A stretch of DNA of 63,073 nucleotides, the filler included, from Diploschistes diacapsis (taxonomy: Eukaryota): the NCBI GenBank assembly GCA_023645945.1. It is 24 parts of 24 records of this genome, joined end to end, with 100 filler letters (N's around TTAATTAATTAA, not from the genome) between each part and the next. Parts side by side here need not be neighbours in the genome. Positions count along the whole stretch, not along the records: positions 1 to 18,619 come from JALAIB010000407.1; 23 more parts are not named here. One strand, written 5' to 3'. The position numbers and the translations under genes are program-made. Shown one piece after another: positions 1-13,416 of this stretch. Numbering within the stretch: the stretch's first letter is position 1; every line of letters begins with the position of its first letter. Below the pieces are notes generated by a model. The model saw only the letters and a program-made list of their open reading frames with translations. It did no database searches and was not told the DNA's origin.

Positions 1-630
1 GGGGGCGTGGGTAGAAAAAAAGGCGTGCAAAGTGTGGTCCCAGGTATTAATAATAGTAGAAAGAAGCTCGAGACTTGACCTGAGGCAGCACTAGCCTTAT
101 TAATTTTTCCTCTGGTTCTGATCCCCCCCTAGGCCCCGAACGCCCAAATACTAGTACTAGTACTGGGCAGGGAGAGTGAGAAAGAGAGAGTGAGAGAGAG
201 TAAGAGGGAAAGAGGGGGGGGCAGGAGGGCTCTTCTTTTTTCCCTTTTTCTCCTTCTGGCGCTGATGATACAATTTCTTTCTTGCTCGTCCTCTCCCACT
301 CTTTCGCACCACCCTCTCTACACCAGATGTCCTGGACTTTTTTGCCCACCGTGCTCGGCCAAGAGAGCCGAAGGCAGCAAGGAGCAAAGAATCTACCACA
401 AATAGTGCAATAGGCCTGCCTCACAGGTACCCAGAATAGTTGTTGCCTGATGAAGGGTGGATGGAGTACGCAAAAGGCAGTAAGCACAAGGGCTCAGTTG
501 ATAAAGACGCAGCAGAGTTAAGAGCAGAAGCCGAAAGGGGATCTGGCTTATCGCTCCTTCCTTGTCCTTAACACGTGACTGTGGTCTGCTCTTTCCCCCC
601 TCGCTTCTGCTGCGAACAATTCTGGCGGCA

Positions 631-655
631 AGCAGCAGCAGCAGCAGCAGCAGCA
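631..655. repeat. (AGC)8 microsatellite
   Basis: Read directly. Confidence 0.95.
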
Positions 656-1532
656 ATTTGCGAGCCTGGCGGTGCAAGTCTGTCGGCAACTTAAATGTGA
701 TGAGTTTGTAATTTCTGTAGTTGCTCGAGCTAGCGGTGAGATGATCAAGAGAGCCTAAGGTTTGTCGGGCTCCAGATCTACTAGCTGGTTTCAGTCGATC
801 AAGCCAAGGAGAGCACGGTACAAAGTGCTAGTAGCTTGATTGAGACGTCTGGGAACGGTGGCAGGAGATGTGGCTGTGATGGCTTCGTTTCCGTACTTTG
901 TCACGACTCACGACTATTGAGTTTTTCAGCTGGTGCCGAAGATGCCCAAAAACTCAATGTTAAATGGGCAAGGAGAAGTGCAGTCAGATAAGGTTTCGAG
1001 ATGGTGCTGGTAATGGTGATAGTGATGGTGGATGTGGATGGAAGTCAGAGTGTTGGTATTGGCGAGATACAGGAGCAGCAAGTTCTGATGGCGTAGTAGC
1101 ACTGGTAGTAACGCGCTATATTTTGCTCCGACCTGGTTTTTTTTTGGGGGGGGGGGGTTTTTTTATTCCACCTCGCCTGCTTGGTTCCAGTCGTACGTAC
1201 CCCACACAGCTTCCACCCAGGCTTGCTGAGATGGAATAAGGATCTGTCCTGAACTTTGCTTCTGTGCGTGACGGCAATCACTTTCAGGTAGCCACACGGC
1301 GCCACTTCAGTATAGCAGACAATTCTCGGGACAAGCCGTCTGCTTAATAAGCCTCGTCTCTTTCAAAAGCCATTGACAGTTTCAACCGAGGCCGAGGTGA
1401 AGTGATGAGAGAACGATAGAGAGAGAAGGAGAGAGAATGAAAAAAAGCTTGATGGGGAAATGAAGGGCAGCAGTCCCGCATGCAAATCCAAATCCAGGTT
1501 CACCGGCCTCGACTTCACGTGGAAGCAACTCT

Positions 1533-1574
1533 GTAGTAGTAGTAGTAGTAGTAGTAGACCTAGTAGTAGTAGTA
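1533..1574. repeat. (GTA)n microsatellite, interrupted
   Basis: (GTA)8, a short break, then (TAG)4. Confidence 0.95.
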
Positions 1575-1871
1575 GAGTAGACCGGGTAAGGATAGCACTA
1601 GACACTGCTATAGTACGTACTACTGCTGCGTTGGGTATTATTATTGTATTATTCCTTCGAAGTTCAAACTCATTTTGCCGGCCGCAACGGGTTCTCCGAG
1701 CTCTTCGATAAACCACTAGGAGCGGAGATTATCGTGTGCTCTTACTGGTCGGTCGCCACAATCAACGCCTCAGGTTCCAATGACTGACTCAGCTGACATA
1801 CCGACAAGTGTGTAGCAGGTAGCAAATCGCGAGGGGAGGATCGAATGTCCGTCGTTCACGTACTCTTCATT

Positions 1872-1959
1872 TTGTTGTTGTTGTTGTTGTTGTTGTCGTC
1901 GTCGTCGTCGTCGTCGTTGTCGTCCTCCTCCTCATCGTCGTCGTTGTCGTCGTCGTTGT
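1872..1959. repeat. Compound (TTG)/(TCG)/(TCC) microsatellite
   Basis: Read directly. It generates the poly-T/D/N shadow ORFs. Confidence 0.95.
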
Positions 1960-3706
1960 GAGGGAGAAGCCAGATTTGGGCGCAAAAAGTACAAGTCTCT
2001 TGGAGGTGGGACCTGGTAAAAGCCAAGATGCCGCTGCTGGATTGATGAATGCCTTGTTGGCTTGACACCGCAATGTCCTGTCGCTCACCCAGTAGGCTAG
2101 TGATGGTGGAAAACAAAAGGTAATAGTAATAATAGTGGGAAAACTATGATAGAAACCCGCGAGCACGAGGATGACGGGCTAATGATGGTTAGGGTCAAGT
2201 AGTACGTTACAGGCAGTAGGTGCTAGTAAAATCTAGTACAGATTGTCCCAGTTTTCCTTTCCCCCAGAAGTGCATACATACATAGGCTAGTAGCTAATAA
2301 CCCCCCTCCACTAGCTTCTATTGACTTGAAAAACGCTTGCAACCAACCACCCTGGCTCCTTTGCCCTTCGTGTGGCTTTGTATATCATTTGTAGCACCAA
2401 GTACGTGTATGGACGCATGTACGCGGATGGGTGGTGAAGTGAAGCCATCGCAAGCTGGGCAGCAATAATCATCACTTACCAAATAGACCATGATTGTTTT
2501 CCCGCATACATCACGCGTCAGCGGTGCATTAGCAACACAGCGTAGTAGTAGCGTCGATGACCGGTCTCTAGCATCACGTTGGGTTCGGCTTCTTAGCTTC
2601 CATCATCGTCCAAATTTGACAGGATAGGTCGAGTCCAATGGCATCTAGTGTTGGCACGTCTTACAACCCTGGTCTTCCGTACGTCCAACTGCTGCATACG
2701 CGATTATCAAGCACACCGGCCTGATGCAAAAAAAAACGTTGACCATCAAGGTGCACGCTGCTGCATAGGATACCTTTTCTGAAGCGCGGGCGGCGGCGAC
2801 GTGTGGCCAGCCGAAAGAGGGGCTGCTAGCTCTGTGATAGCTGCAACTTTTTCTTGTCGTCGCTTTACCCCTCCCCAGCAAGGCAACAGTGAGTTGAGTC
2901 TGCTGGAGCTCCTCAGAGCCAAGGGTGAACGATTAGATGAGCGTCGTAGAGTGGCCGACAACCTTCACGTGTATTCTGTACATGGCTTGCGAAACCAGGA
3001 CTTGATGCTTCGGGCAGCCATGTGCTGGCTTGCATAGTGATTGGGACAGGATGGATGCTCGGGCGGGAAACAGCACGCTGGACATTTCGATTTGGGGAAA
3101 AACACCTCCTTTCTGTATCCAAGGTCACACCATATCCCCTACCACGTATGTGAGAATGCGCGCAATATTGATCGATAGAGTACTGCGCCTAGGTGGATGT
3201 TGCTGGAGTACCGCATGGCATCGCACCATTGCCTGTAGAGAGGATGCTCATTATTAACAAAAGATCCTCCAGTTTGTTAGCTACCGTTGCACCGACTGTC
3301 AAAACCGCGTGGACGGCATGCGCTCTACTGAGACATGTCAACTTGTCAAGTCCATGCCTACCGATATTTGCTTCATCGAATGTTCCTAAAAAGCTCCAGA
3401 GTGCGATCCCATCTCCCGGGTTCTATTGGCCAGAGTGAAGTGGAGGATTCCAGGAATACTGCATCTCCTTGCCATGGGGTTTTGTCGTTGCATCCTGTTG
3501 GGGCGAAAAAAACCCAAAAAAAAATTACTACGTTGCACAAGGGCAAACATACAGGGCTCTGAAAAGTGGTGTGGGCTGTCAAAGGTCGCACCGACACCCA
3601 CTCAGCCATTGGCCACACTCTATTTCCAGTGCGACCAGAACGGGCTTCTTTTCTTGTATTGCCTTGCCATCCCGATCGCTGAGTTTTCCGTTACTGGTAT
3701 CCTCAC

Positions 3707-3708
<2 letters not shown>

Positions 3709-3745
<37 letters not shown>
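3709..3745. repeat. (CT)n microsatellite
   Basis: Read directly. Confidence 0.95.
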
Positions 3746-3747
<2 letters not shown>

Positions 3748-6700
3748 GTTGCCACCATAGAATACGTCATAGGCACTTTTGGTTTACTAGGTAACAAAAT
3801 TGCCTATTCCCGTCGCAATCGATTTGATTCTGCAACCAGCTTGACATTTGCCCCGATAGAGTATCAAGGCATTCACGCACCGCAACACTGTCTTCGTAGG
3901 CGAGAAGCTCCTCCAGCAAAAGAGTTAGCAATGTAGATCTCGAATTGGATCTTGGTACATGCAAACGCCGCAGCCGTTGACTTTCCACGGTTCTCTTCTC
4001 ACCTTCGACCCAGGTAATCTTCTTTCAGCCTCTCTACCTTGCCTTCTCGAGGCATATCAGCATTCGATGAGTCGCGGTGGTGTACGGTATCAGTATCGTA
4101 TGCTGCTAAAATAATCTTAGCCGTACGATACTCTCAAAAGAGCAGCTATCCGTCGAGTCATAACCAAACGTAATGGGGGATTCTGCTCCGGAAGCGGCGG
4201 CTAGGCAATAATCAAAAATCCTCCGGACGTACTCCGTAGAGCTTTGAGTATCGGCCAATCATTCATCCCAGCTTGCTCCAGCCAACTAATCCCCCGAAAC
4301 TAAAATACTAAGGAGGCTCAAGCCAGGCCCAACCGTTGCAAGCAAGGAGCAGCAGCACAGGATCAGGGTCGATAGTTGCTGGCTGATCTAGGGTTGGTAG
4401 GCAGGCTTGCTTTTCTAGTTTAGTCAGGCATTTGCTCAAATTTCGCATTCACGTGCTTGGCCATTAATGCATCACTTTCATGAAAGTTCTGCCGCTGCAT
4501 GCCATGGCACGCTGTGATTTGTTCGTCTGTAGGGTCATGGAAGCCAGGGTGCAATGAAACGCTTCATGAAACCTCGCCCGTGTGTAACGGGCACTTATCC
4601 GTGACTGGAGAGACGTCCCGATTACGCATGGCAAGTTGTGTGTGACCAATAAACAATACAGAGTACTACTGCGTGCGAAGGCTTTGACTGCCGTGTATCA
4701 TCGGAAACCCTTTTTGTTTTCCATAGTGATAAGCCTGGCCAACTTGGCAGTCATCCCGGTTGTAAAAACTATAGGCAGTGTGTGAGAAGGCGCGTTACAT
4801 GAGGTAATAATATTGAGGAACAGCGAGATCAAGCGTCCAGTAGGAGCAGAATCTCCCACCCAGCTCTGTAGTTAGAATTTCGATTTTTTGAGTCCTTATG
4901 GAATGTCTTCGCCCACGGTTATAAACCTAGCTTCCACGTGAGACACATGGCGAGAAAACCTGGACGAGGCACCCAAATTCCAGGGAAGGTGAGACAGAGA
5001 GAGATGCCAAAATTCCAACAGCATGGGGAAGAGGAAGAAAGGGGCGGCCGTCGAGGGCCCCCAACAAGCCACGCTTGTTTATATTACAAGTTCTGTGACG
5101 CAGAGACAGCTTAGTCCCAAAGCAAAAGCAAAAAAGCATTGATTGCTCTGAATATAATATCCCTGCAGAGAGTGGCTATTAAAGTTCTGCAGGAAAATTG
5201 CCGTTATCCCGGATCCACCAGCATCGTCATTTTCGGCCGTTTTCTATGGGCATAGCCGTTAATAAAGACCCGCAGCTCGCTCACTCTAAGCTCGCAGTTC
5301 TCTGTCTAATAAATCGTTCCTTTTTGCGATATGTATCAACGTTGGAACAGCTGCTGGGGATAAGAGTCCAGTAGAATCCCTATCCCTATCTATCCCTTTG
5401 CCGGATTCCCGCCTCGGTCGTCGGTCGCAGGATTTCCGAAATGGAACGATTCGCCTTAGCATAAATAAGCAGTGGTGCATTCAGGCCCGAAAAGCAAGGC
5501 TTAGAGCTTGCGGTGTGTAATGTAATAATGTAATTAATGTATTTGGAAACAGTACAGTGGAGTGTAATTTATTTGGAGGAATAAGCTTGGCAAGGATGGT
5601 GCTGTGGTCGTGCTGCCTCACGCACGTTTTTCATGGCCACACCAACATCGATGTCACCCACCAGCTTATCCATTAACCTGGAAATTCGGCCGACGCTTAG
5701 GGGTGAAACCCAACGGTAAAATGAAGAGAGACAATGTGGGCAAGCACTCAGCCCCCAAATTCTTTCAAGATCAAGGCTCGCTTGCTTGTCGAGTCAAGCC
5801 GTCTATACCAAGCAAGGCAAGGCTTTTTCTGTCCGATAATTTATCGCTCAATACCTGGCTGATGGACGATGTCATACTTGGCGGTTTTGTTTTGTCGAGA
5901 ATACGCGTACCTAATAATTACCTTGCTGCTGAGGTGCAGAGGTGTGCAGAGGTGTGCAGATGCAAGGTGCGCAGTGCTTGCCCAAATAGGGAAGTAATAA
6001 CAAAGGATCACGTGAACGAATGCTTTCATGCGTTTGAAACTCCTTATAGTTCCACAGTCCACAGTCCACAGTCCACAGTCTACAACGAGCTTATTTATTC
6101 TTGGAGCCTAGAGGCGGCCGACAATCACACCGCAAGTTCGCCGAGTATCCGATTGCTTTTACCCGGTTCTTTTCTCTTTGGCGTTCGAGGCTATCTGTAT
6201 CGGCTAGGGCAGGAAACTTCACCGCCTGCATTAGGATGATTGCGCTTAAGGATACGACTTGGCTCCATTCTTCCTTAGAGACGACAAGTACAACTGCCCG
6301 TTTCTGAGAAGCTCTACTCTGTACTTTTTCAACAGCACGAACGGCCAGGAATCCAGGCCTAGGTGCATCCAGTATGCCAGGTCCTCACAATCTTTATCCA
6401 ATGACCCTATATCTGTGGTATACGAGGTCTAAGACAGCCAATGAAGCGCTATAAACTGTGGAAAAGATTGTGGGTGGCTTATGTACACACAAGGTCTAGG
6501 TGGACAGCTTCCGAGAAGCTTGAATGTTTGGTCTCTCAATCCAGCAAGATGCATGCCAATAGCTATCTCCTTTTCCCATGTGATATGTTCTCTCTTTTCT
6601 GACGACAGCATCTCCGACTTCTTCTTACGTCAAGCACACATTGGATTTTGTCTTTGGCGCCTTATTTACTATCAATCTCTGGTTAACAGATCTTGACGTG

Positions 6701-7879
6701 TGTTTACCCATGGCTCTTGTAAGCCTGATAAAACTGTTTATATCCGTGGTCAGTATACAGTGCCTAGTGATGCCCCGGATGAAGAAAGCACCTTGGTAAC
6801 AGCTAGAGGCGCCATGGAGGGCGAAGACGCAACATCATGTCCCATACCAAATTTTGGAACTGCGCTTGCTACGAGATACAACTCTGGTATCCGGCTCTCC
6901 TACTTGGTTTACCACTGTTTTATCGATGCTGGACTCCCGTCATGTATCGTCCTTTTGGAAAAGTCCAGAAGCCCTATCGTTCATGACATACATAGCGTAC
7001 ATGGGACAAACATAGAGACATCTTCATTTTTCGATTTTCCTTCTACGAGCGGACGAGAGAGCACTGCTTGGCGTCCCTGCGGCCACTTCCAAAGCTTTTT
7101 TTGTCATCTTTCGTGAGTACAGTAAGAATCGTCTTCGCCCGGTCACCGTAGGCTCTAACGTGATTACTCTATGCTGCGCGCGAAGATAATGGAAGGAGCA
7201 TACTCGATGGTCTAATCCTCATAGCTATCAAATATTGCGCATCATACTTGGGTTCCCAGTTCTGGTGAAGCCTACCGTTAGCAGGTCGGTGCAGCATGGT
7301 TGGCCAGATTCTATCGATATCCGACACACATCATCGCCGGAATTTTAGGAGCACTGCTCTATATGCCACTCCCTTAGATATCGATGAGCTGTTCTCGTTG
7401 CCTTCTGTTCGATAGTTGAATATACTCATGGTTGCTAGAATGATGCAAAAAATCATGTAAGTCTAGTGCAGGTCCTTGCCACGGTATGATCATCCAGTAT
7501 CTGGTTCCGAGGTACCGTGCTCGCTGCAAACTAGAATACATGAACAAATTCTGAATTTTCCCTTCTTTCTCCCACCATTAGCACCTACCATGCTCTGAGC
7601 TATACGTCCATGCGGAAGTCCAGTTTACCTTCGGAGCCTCTCCAAAGCAAATGGATCTGGACAAGATGGGAACCGAAGCACACGCTGCTCCAGGTAGCCA
7701 ATTCGAGCACCAAAGAGATGATACGAAAGAAAATCAGGTAAACAGACTCCCAGCATCAGCTAATTTAACCACATGAACTCTTCGCTATCTTACAGTCCTT
7801 CTTCGGGCTCTCCGTTGAAAAAGACCAATAGCCGCTGTCTATCCCGATGCCCCATCCTCCCACGAAGAATAGAAGATAG

Positions 7880-8900
7880 ACCTGGGGGATCTTCCACGAA
7901 AGAGGCAGAAGATCGCGAGTCTGACGATTTGGCTCGGAGCAATTACGAAATAGTTCTGTCTGATGGGTTGTCCCAGCTGATCCAACAACTCGCACGAACA
8001 AACTTCGAACGCCTTGGGGGCTTGGATGACAGGAAAAGATTGGCAAACTCGGAAGCCGGTATCTTAGCTTCGGTCAGGTCGGATTCGAGCAAGTAGCATA
8101 GGATATCCACGCTTCATACGTTACTTCCTTGACGGATCAATCTTGGATACATTACAGACAACCTTCGCTGCAACTACATGAGCGTACCCTACAAACTTCG
8201 AGCGGTCTACTATGCTCGCTAACTTATCTGAGATAAGAGCAAGAACCAGCAATACAACTATGAGAATAAGACAAGGGATGCGTGCATCGTGTCACGTCAC
8301 AGGGGGCGGCAACTGGTTATATGAAAGCCTACGAGATTCTTTCATTAGGCAACCGACCGACGCGACTATCTTACACACCTTAAAGCCATCTAGCTGTTTT
8401 CGATCTAGCGAAGTAGTGCACAATCTTCTTTCAACAACATCCGACAGACCTTGCCCATCCAATCGCCAGATACGAGATAACATTTTGAATCTGCGTGGAC
8501 ATCGGAAACAATGCGAGCACACAACCCATGGTCGCAAAGAAAAACCCTTCGATTGGGATGATGGCCATTCCAGTCACAAATGGGAAGTATGGTTTGATCG
8601 AGAAGCGATGTATAATCTGTGATGATAGGCTCTTCCTCGGACGCTGACTGCTACATCGTTGATCATTCTCCTGTTGAAAAACCTATCATACTAATGATGA
8701 AGATCAAAAATCAAGCTGTTTATACTCGGAATGAAGCGGCGATATCCTGCAAGCACTACCAGGGGTAGCGGTATTGAAAGACTACCGTATTTCACTATAT
8801 CGGTAGGAAATTCGTCTTCTGATAGCTTTCAAAGGGCATGAGGATTGGGCGGAATAGCCCTTGTAAGGGCAGACATTGACGTTCGGATCAAGCTGCTTCA
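7880..8900 (+). pseudogene. Decayed cytochrome P450 pseudogene
   Basis: P450-like motifs occur in the right order across frameshifts: RKRQKIAS..YEIVLSDGLSQLIQQL (~7897-7991); GILA(F)GQVGF..DI (~8058-8108, cf. DVIGELAFG..GF); I-helix IRDNILNL..G-S-E-T-x-A-S-T (~8470-8523, cf. AGSETTAST); QAV..GMKRRYPA (~8712-8751, K-helix-like); AFKG-MR-IGRN-ALV (~8825-8865, FxxGxRxCxG lacking the Cys). Boundaries are approximate. Confidence 0.55.
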
Positions 8901-9544
8901 CATCTCTAGGTTACTGGGTTTGTCTATTGATATCGTTTTCGTATTGATTCCCTTTAGAGCAATATCTACGAGTTGAGCAGACCATCATGCCCAGACACTT
9001 CTTGCTTCCTTTCACAGGGTAAATGTCTTTTGGCGTGCTATCGCCCCCTTCATTCTCATACGCGGTGACATACCTTTCTTCCTCAGGTACGGGGAATCAT
9101 TTTACTACGGTTGTTGAGAAAACAGCTTACGATATTGCTATCTGATACTGGGCTTTTCTCTGTATATCAGCCCGGAAACTAGCCGCAAGATCACATCAGT
9201 ATAGCCATATTCTCGACCTGTTTCAAGCTACATTACGACCTTCTACTGAGCTACTATATTTACTGCTGCCATGAGTCTGTGGTGCACAATTCTACCTCCT
9301 TTCAATGCAATGGAATAATAAAAAAGGTGTTTTAACAGCTCACCGACTATTCAATCCGGGCAAGAATTGTGCGCTGTTTCTACACTTCATCACCCTTCTT
9401 CGATGTGTATCAGCATGTAACAAAAACACCGAGAATTATAACCTCTAAATATGTTTGTGGGAATACCTTGATCCTAGTCGTACAGGAAATGGGATCTGTC
9501 GGGCCACACAGACTCCTTATGGATACAGTTCGATAGAAGATAGA

Positions 9545-12500
9545 TCAGGCGTCTTCCATCTCCTCATCCTCATCGCCATCCTCACTTTTCTCTCCACCTT
9601 CTAGTTCATCTGGGTTACTGGGCGCGTCATCATCGCCTTCTTCGCCTTCCTCGCCTTCTTCACCCTCATCCTCTTCAGAAGATGCATCATCCTCACCGTT
9701 CCCTTCACTTGCGTTATCTCGATCATCTTCTTCGTCCTCTACTTTGCCGCCATCATTATCCTCGACTGCTTCACTGTCTTGGTTGCCGTCCCTGCCGCTT
9801 TTCTCCGCCTTTGCCTCTTCCTCCTCCTCAACCTTTGACGCTATCCTCCTTGCTCCCCTTTTCTGTCCTTTCCTTCCCTTCATCGCCCTTGCAGCCGCCA
9901 GCTGCCGCGCCCTATTCGATGCTGCCCGCGATTTGGATCTCGGAACGACGTCTTCTTCATCGTCTTCGTCGTCTTCGGCATCAGCCTCTTCTTCCTCGTC
10001 TGCGCTCTCCAGATCCCCATCCTCATCTTCCACTTCGTGGTACTCGTCTGCCTCTTCTTCGTCGTCCTCATCCTCCTGCTCTTCCTCTCCCATCTCTACT
10101 TCATCATATTCCTCCTCCACTCCCTCCACCTCACCCTTCCCACCTTCGTTCTCGCCCCCATCGACCCCCGCACCCTTGCCTTCCGCCTTTACCCCTCGCG
10201 GCACCTCGGCACGACCCTCTATCCCTTCCGCGCCGGCAAGCCCACCATTCCTGCGAGTTCTCCGCCCGCTAGGCGTAACCTGCCCGCTCTTCAACGCTTC
10301 CTCTCCGTTCAACCCATTCGGTTTCCCCGCCATGGCAGTGCCCGGGGTCGGCATCGGCTTTCCACCCCTGCGTATCGGCATCGTGCTCGGTGTCCCCGTA
10401 CCCCTTTTGTTTTTCGGACCGCCGCGCCATCCACCTCTCTTGGGCCGCGAAGGACCCGGGACCGGGGGAAAGAGCTCGTACCTTGTCGGCGGGATGGGAG
10501 ATGGTGAAAGGGCTGCTCGTGCTGACGGTAGGGTGGCGGGCAGAGGGGTGGAGGGGGCTTCGTTGGGGGTCGTGCCGTTCGTCCGAGCCTCGCTTTTGGT
10601 CTGGCCTTGGGAGAAAGTACCGGTGGAGGCCAAGAGGGGTGGTGGAAGGGCGTTGGCGATCTTAGGAACAGAGGCGGGTGGCGTGTCGGATTTGGTCTCT
10701 GTGGCCACGCCGTTCGCCGGGACCGGAGCATCGGCGGCGCCCGCTGTCGTTGAAGCTGGCACAGCCGCGACTATCGTTCTAGCAGCAGCTGCAGCAGCAG
10801 CTGCTGCTGCTGCTACTACCTGGGCGGCCTGTTGTTGTTGCTGCTGCTGCTGCACGCCTTCTTCGGCGCCCATGGCAGCAACGGCCGCCGCGGCTGCTGC
10901 TTCCTCCTCCTCCTCGCGCGGGGCCATGGTGGAGATGGGCGGCGCGCGGTCGTAGGTGGCCAGATTGCTCCGGCCCATGACGTACGGCGTCCAGACCAGC
11001 GCGTCCGGGTTGAGCATGACGTAGCCCTTGGCCTCCCAGGACTCTATGCATTGTCTGTAATACGCGTGATCCAGGCGCAGCGCGTACTTCTTGGTTACCG
11101 GGTCTCGCACGAGCGCCCTCAGCGCTTCCAGCGCGGCGACGATGTCATCGGCCGTCATGCCCGTCTTGCCGGATATCTCCGATATGCTGAGCGCTTCCTC
11201 CTGCTCGAGCAGGAGGTAGGAGAGCACGAGGCGCCAGTAGTTGCGGTACGAGACCAAGCCCATGTCGGACAGCGGCTTCTCTGGCGATCCCGTCTTCTTC
11301 TCGACGCGGGTGAGGAGGTAGGAGAAGTCGATGAGGAGGTTCCCGTAGCCCTTGCGCTGGTGGATGGGCAGCGTGAGGATGCAGGAGACGTTGTTCAGGC
11401 TGCTGGGCCGCTTCTCCTTGGAGAAGTAGCCGACGAAGTGGCAGCCCAGCTCGTCGTACTCGGTCATGATGTAGAAGAGGAAGGGCTCGACGTCGTAGTA
11501 GAGCGTCTTGGAGCCCAGGAAGAGCTTGGCCAACAGGCACAGGTTCTGGCAGTACACCGGGTTCTTCCGCCCGTCCACTTCGAACACCGACACCGACCTG
11601 TGACGGTAGATCTCGTCGCCGGGCGGGTGCTTGGCCGGGCACTTGAGCTTGTGCCGCCATGCGATGTAGTCGGAGCTCATGTACTTGAGGCAGAACTCAC
11701 AGATGTAGAGCACGCGGTTGCGGCTGTACTCTTCCGGGTACGGCGCCGCGTACCAGGTCTCGATCTCGTAGCCGCCGAAGTTTACGCATTTGATCTTGCT
11801 GGGTGGGCCGGAAACCTTTTGCGAGCCACGGCCGTTCTTGCTTTGCTCGTTCTCAGCCTCGAGTGCGGCCGTCTTCCGTTTCCATTCTTCTTCGGCTTTT
11901 TGTCGCGCTTCGTCGAATTTGGCGCGATCGGCTGCTGTTGGAAGTGTCCGAGAAGTATCGGCTTCAGCTTCGGTCAGAATGCCGCCGTAGGGTTTGGACT
12001 TTGCCTCATCTGCTTCGCGGTCGTGGAGGGAGTAGAAGGGTGCGGAGTAGTGTGATGACGAGGCTGCGAAGCGTGGATGATTCATCGAGCTTGACGTTGG
12101 CCGCCGCGATTTCTTCTTCTGTCTTGAGCCTTTGATCTTGCTCAAGTCCACCCGAATCGCAACGACGAAGGTTCTTGAACTTTTCCGCACGGTCCGCAGG
12201 TTGGGTCCTTCTGTGGTCTTCTTATCTGGACGGCGCGGCCGCGCTGGCCTTGGCGCTCGAGGTTGACCGCTTCTCGGCCTCGGCTTTGGAATGTTCACTT
12301 CGGTGGAATTCCCGTTTTCGGCTTCCGGCTCATCCTGCATAACGGGCGAAGCTCGAGAAGCGGCATCCTCATGGGTATCCGCGCTCGACAGACGCCGGCG
12401 CCGCTTGCTAGAGGTTTTCGACTGAACATCGAGACCCTCCGACGACGCCTTTCGCTTTCTCAGTGACCTTGATCCGTCGAGAGGATCATCATCGAGTATG

Positions 12501-13416
12501 AGCGTGTTGAATATTGAGTGTTGGACAGGCCTAGATGAACCCCGAGAGGCCGGTAATAGATCCCTGGTAAGTCTTGAGGAAGACGAGAGCCGACGCAGTT
12601 TCTCAGTCTCGCTGGGCCCCGGCTCAAGCGCATTGTCGATGCAGTTTGAACAACGCCACTTCTCGAACTCTGTATCGGGCTTGAGTGAATTATTATCTTG
12701 CGCGCACTGTTGATGGGCTGCATTTCGTCAGCATACCTCAGCATTCCCAAAGTTTTATTACGGATTTATCTCACCATTATCTCCGCAAACAGAGCAAGCC
12801 AGGTATTCTTTTCCATCTTCACCCACTGGGTTTTCGTGTTCTTCTAAGCCGCAATACCTAAATATTGTTAACCGTTGGCAAACAAACATCGCTGTGTCAC
12901 CACCTACACGCAATTGTTTCGAGTCGCAGCGTCAGGCATACTTCCGCCAGCAATGCTTGCACTGGCGTCTTGCCATTCTTCAACGACAAGGAAACCTGCA
13001 GAGCCCAGTTCCTCTTCCGACTCATCCTCCTCACTCCGCTCGTCATCCCGCTCGTCATCGTCGCTTTCGGCATTTGCGACAGCCTTTCCCTTCCTGTCCA
13101 CTTTGTGCGCGCTTCCGATGGTACCGTTCGTCTTTTGCTCATTTATACCTTCTCTTTTCTGTAGCCTGTCGTTAGAGGCATGCGTGCTTAGTCCGTTCAG
13201 CTCCGCATCTGCCCTGGTCTTTCCGGGTGCCGCATCCGCTTCGAACACCGTAGCCATAGCTTCAGCCAGTGACTTCCCCTTTGACTGTGATGATGCGCTT
13301 GTTGCAGTTTCCTTGTGGCTCTTATCTTCCTTTGGCCCGCGCGCAGCTCGCGAATGCAATTTGTAGACTTCACTTTGCAAGTTTGAGGGGAGTAGGGATG
13401 GCGCAACCGTGATCAT
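9545..13416 (-). CDS. SAS3: MYST-family histone acetyltransferase with N-terminal PHD finger (Sas3/Mst2-like), ~1254 aa
   Basis: Exons 13416-12908, 12857-12775, 12717-9545, with GT..AG introns and frame kept. PHD C4HC3 (CVYC..CSVCGDNAHQQC..WRCSNC). MYST motifs [57 protein letters not shown]. Poly-Q/A linker and acidic tail. The start could instead be the downstream MATVFE Met. Confidence 0.93.

Noticed and set aside
47..6300. Many 60-210 aa ORFs
   Set aside because: Microsatellite-driven or random composition with no recognisable domain. Probably intergenic or leader sequence.
9682..12135. Long plus-strand ORFs (403 and 407 aa) and alternative-frame ORFs
   Set aside because: Antisense shadows of the GC-rich, low-complexity SAS3 exon.
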